DNA of 29,508 nt from Planctomycetota bacterium (GTDB lineage: Bacteria; Planctomycetota; SZUA-567; H5-PLA8): NCBI GenBank assembly GCA_045863855.1, contig BTVV01000077.1:1-29508 (forward strand), in the 5' to 3' direction. The notes beneath the pieces were generated by a model. The model worked only from the letters and a program-made list of their open reading frames with translations, searched no databases and had not been told where the DNA came from. A program made the position numbers and the translations under genes. Below are positions 28,999-29,508 of the stretch, one piece after another; position 1 is the first letter of the stretch; each line of letters starts with the position of its first letter.

Positions 28999-29508
28999 TC
29001 ATTCTTTTTCCCGACTCTGTCCGTAAAGCCAACTTTGCTGGAGCATACTTACAGCCTTCCCGAGCGGATTGACCACTGCAGACGCCCCTTCCCAACGCGA
29101 TTGAAAGAAGAGCCATGCGCATGCGCCGGCCACCACAGGCCGTTGCATCGCCGGAAGATCGAGCGTGAAGGGCACCTCGCAAAGCATCGGCTGAACCGAG
29201 AAGACTAGGGTAGCGCCAAGTTCAGTCTCCTTGGGAGTCGGCGCCCACAGACCCACGATTAAACTCCCGCGGCGCAGACGGTCCACGTCCATACCGCGCT
29301 CAGGGCCAGCGATGAAGACATTGGTCACGATCACGTCCGATTTCTCGGCCTGTGCCAACGCCCGCCAAACGTCGGGCCGGTTGAATTCGGTAAGCTTCTC
29401 GTTTTTCAAGGCCGGATGCGGAGGATAGGATTTGATTATGGCAGCGTACTTGGCGGACAAGTCAGCTTGGACGTACCGAGCCCATGAGTCCAGGTCCACG
29501 AGGGCAGC
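28999..29508 (-). CDS. Hypothetical protein, C-terminal part; 5'-truncated by the window edge
   Basis: The frame stays open from the window end (AALVDLDSWARYVQ...) to the stop at 28999 with protein-like composition. No family recognised. Confidence 0.55.
   Translation of the reverse strand, partial: AALVDLDSWARYVQADLSAKYAAIIKSYPPHPALKNEKLTEFNRPDVWRALAQAEKSDVIVTNVFIAGPERGMDVDRLRRGSLIVGLWAPTPKETELGATLVFSVQPMLCEVPFTLDLPAMQRPVVAGACAWLFFQSRWEGASAVVNPLGKAVSMLQQSWLYGQSREKE

Overview
Bacterial, mostly GC-rich 29.5-kb window; the gene content suggests a PVC/Planctomycetota-like host, but that is inference only. There are four blocks. (1) 1-2700 (+): the 3' end of a canonical quinol-dependent NO reductase (qNor), a frameshift-scarred FMN-binding split-barrel gene remnant, and a flavin-dependent halogenase. 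(2) 18344->2799 (-): a tightly coupled 9-gene, very GC-rich operon: DUF2341/PA14/PKD/TPR exported protein, tandem-DUF4159 protein, MoxR AAA+ ATPase, DUF58, BatA-vWA protein, vWA-GATase-like membrane protein, exported unknown, ~1118-aa DUF4175-like protein, exported CBM-like protein. (3) ~18350-21358: a lower-GC zone with an AT-rich intergenic region and a divergent pair of polytopic membrane enzymes, an Aur1/Ipt1-type PAP2 phosphotransferase and a compact GT-C protein with STT3/PglB/AglB-like DxYYH and WWD motifs. (4) 28538->21331 (-): a 5-gene Tad-like operon carrying four FHA domains (FHA-TM-helical protein, FHA-FHA-TadA/CpaF fusion, TadB, TadC, FHA-TM-helical protein), whose architecture recalls the Kil contact-killing apparatus of predatory bacteria. 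The window ends in a partial unknown CDS. The best leads are the FHA-Tad (Kil-like) module with a duplicated DFEKT[ML]IG candidate phospho-Thr motif, the adjacent mini-OST-like/phosphotransferase pair, and the lectin-decorated MoxR-vWA operon. No rRNA, tRNA, CRISPR array or transposase was recognised. All family assignments come from motif recognition by eye, not database searches.
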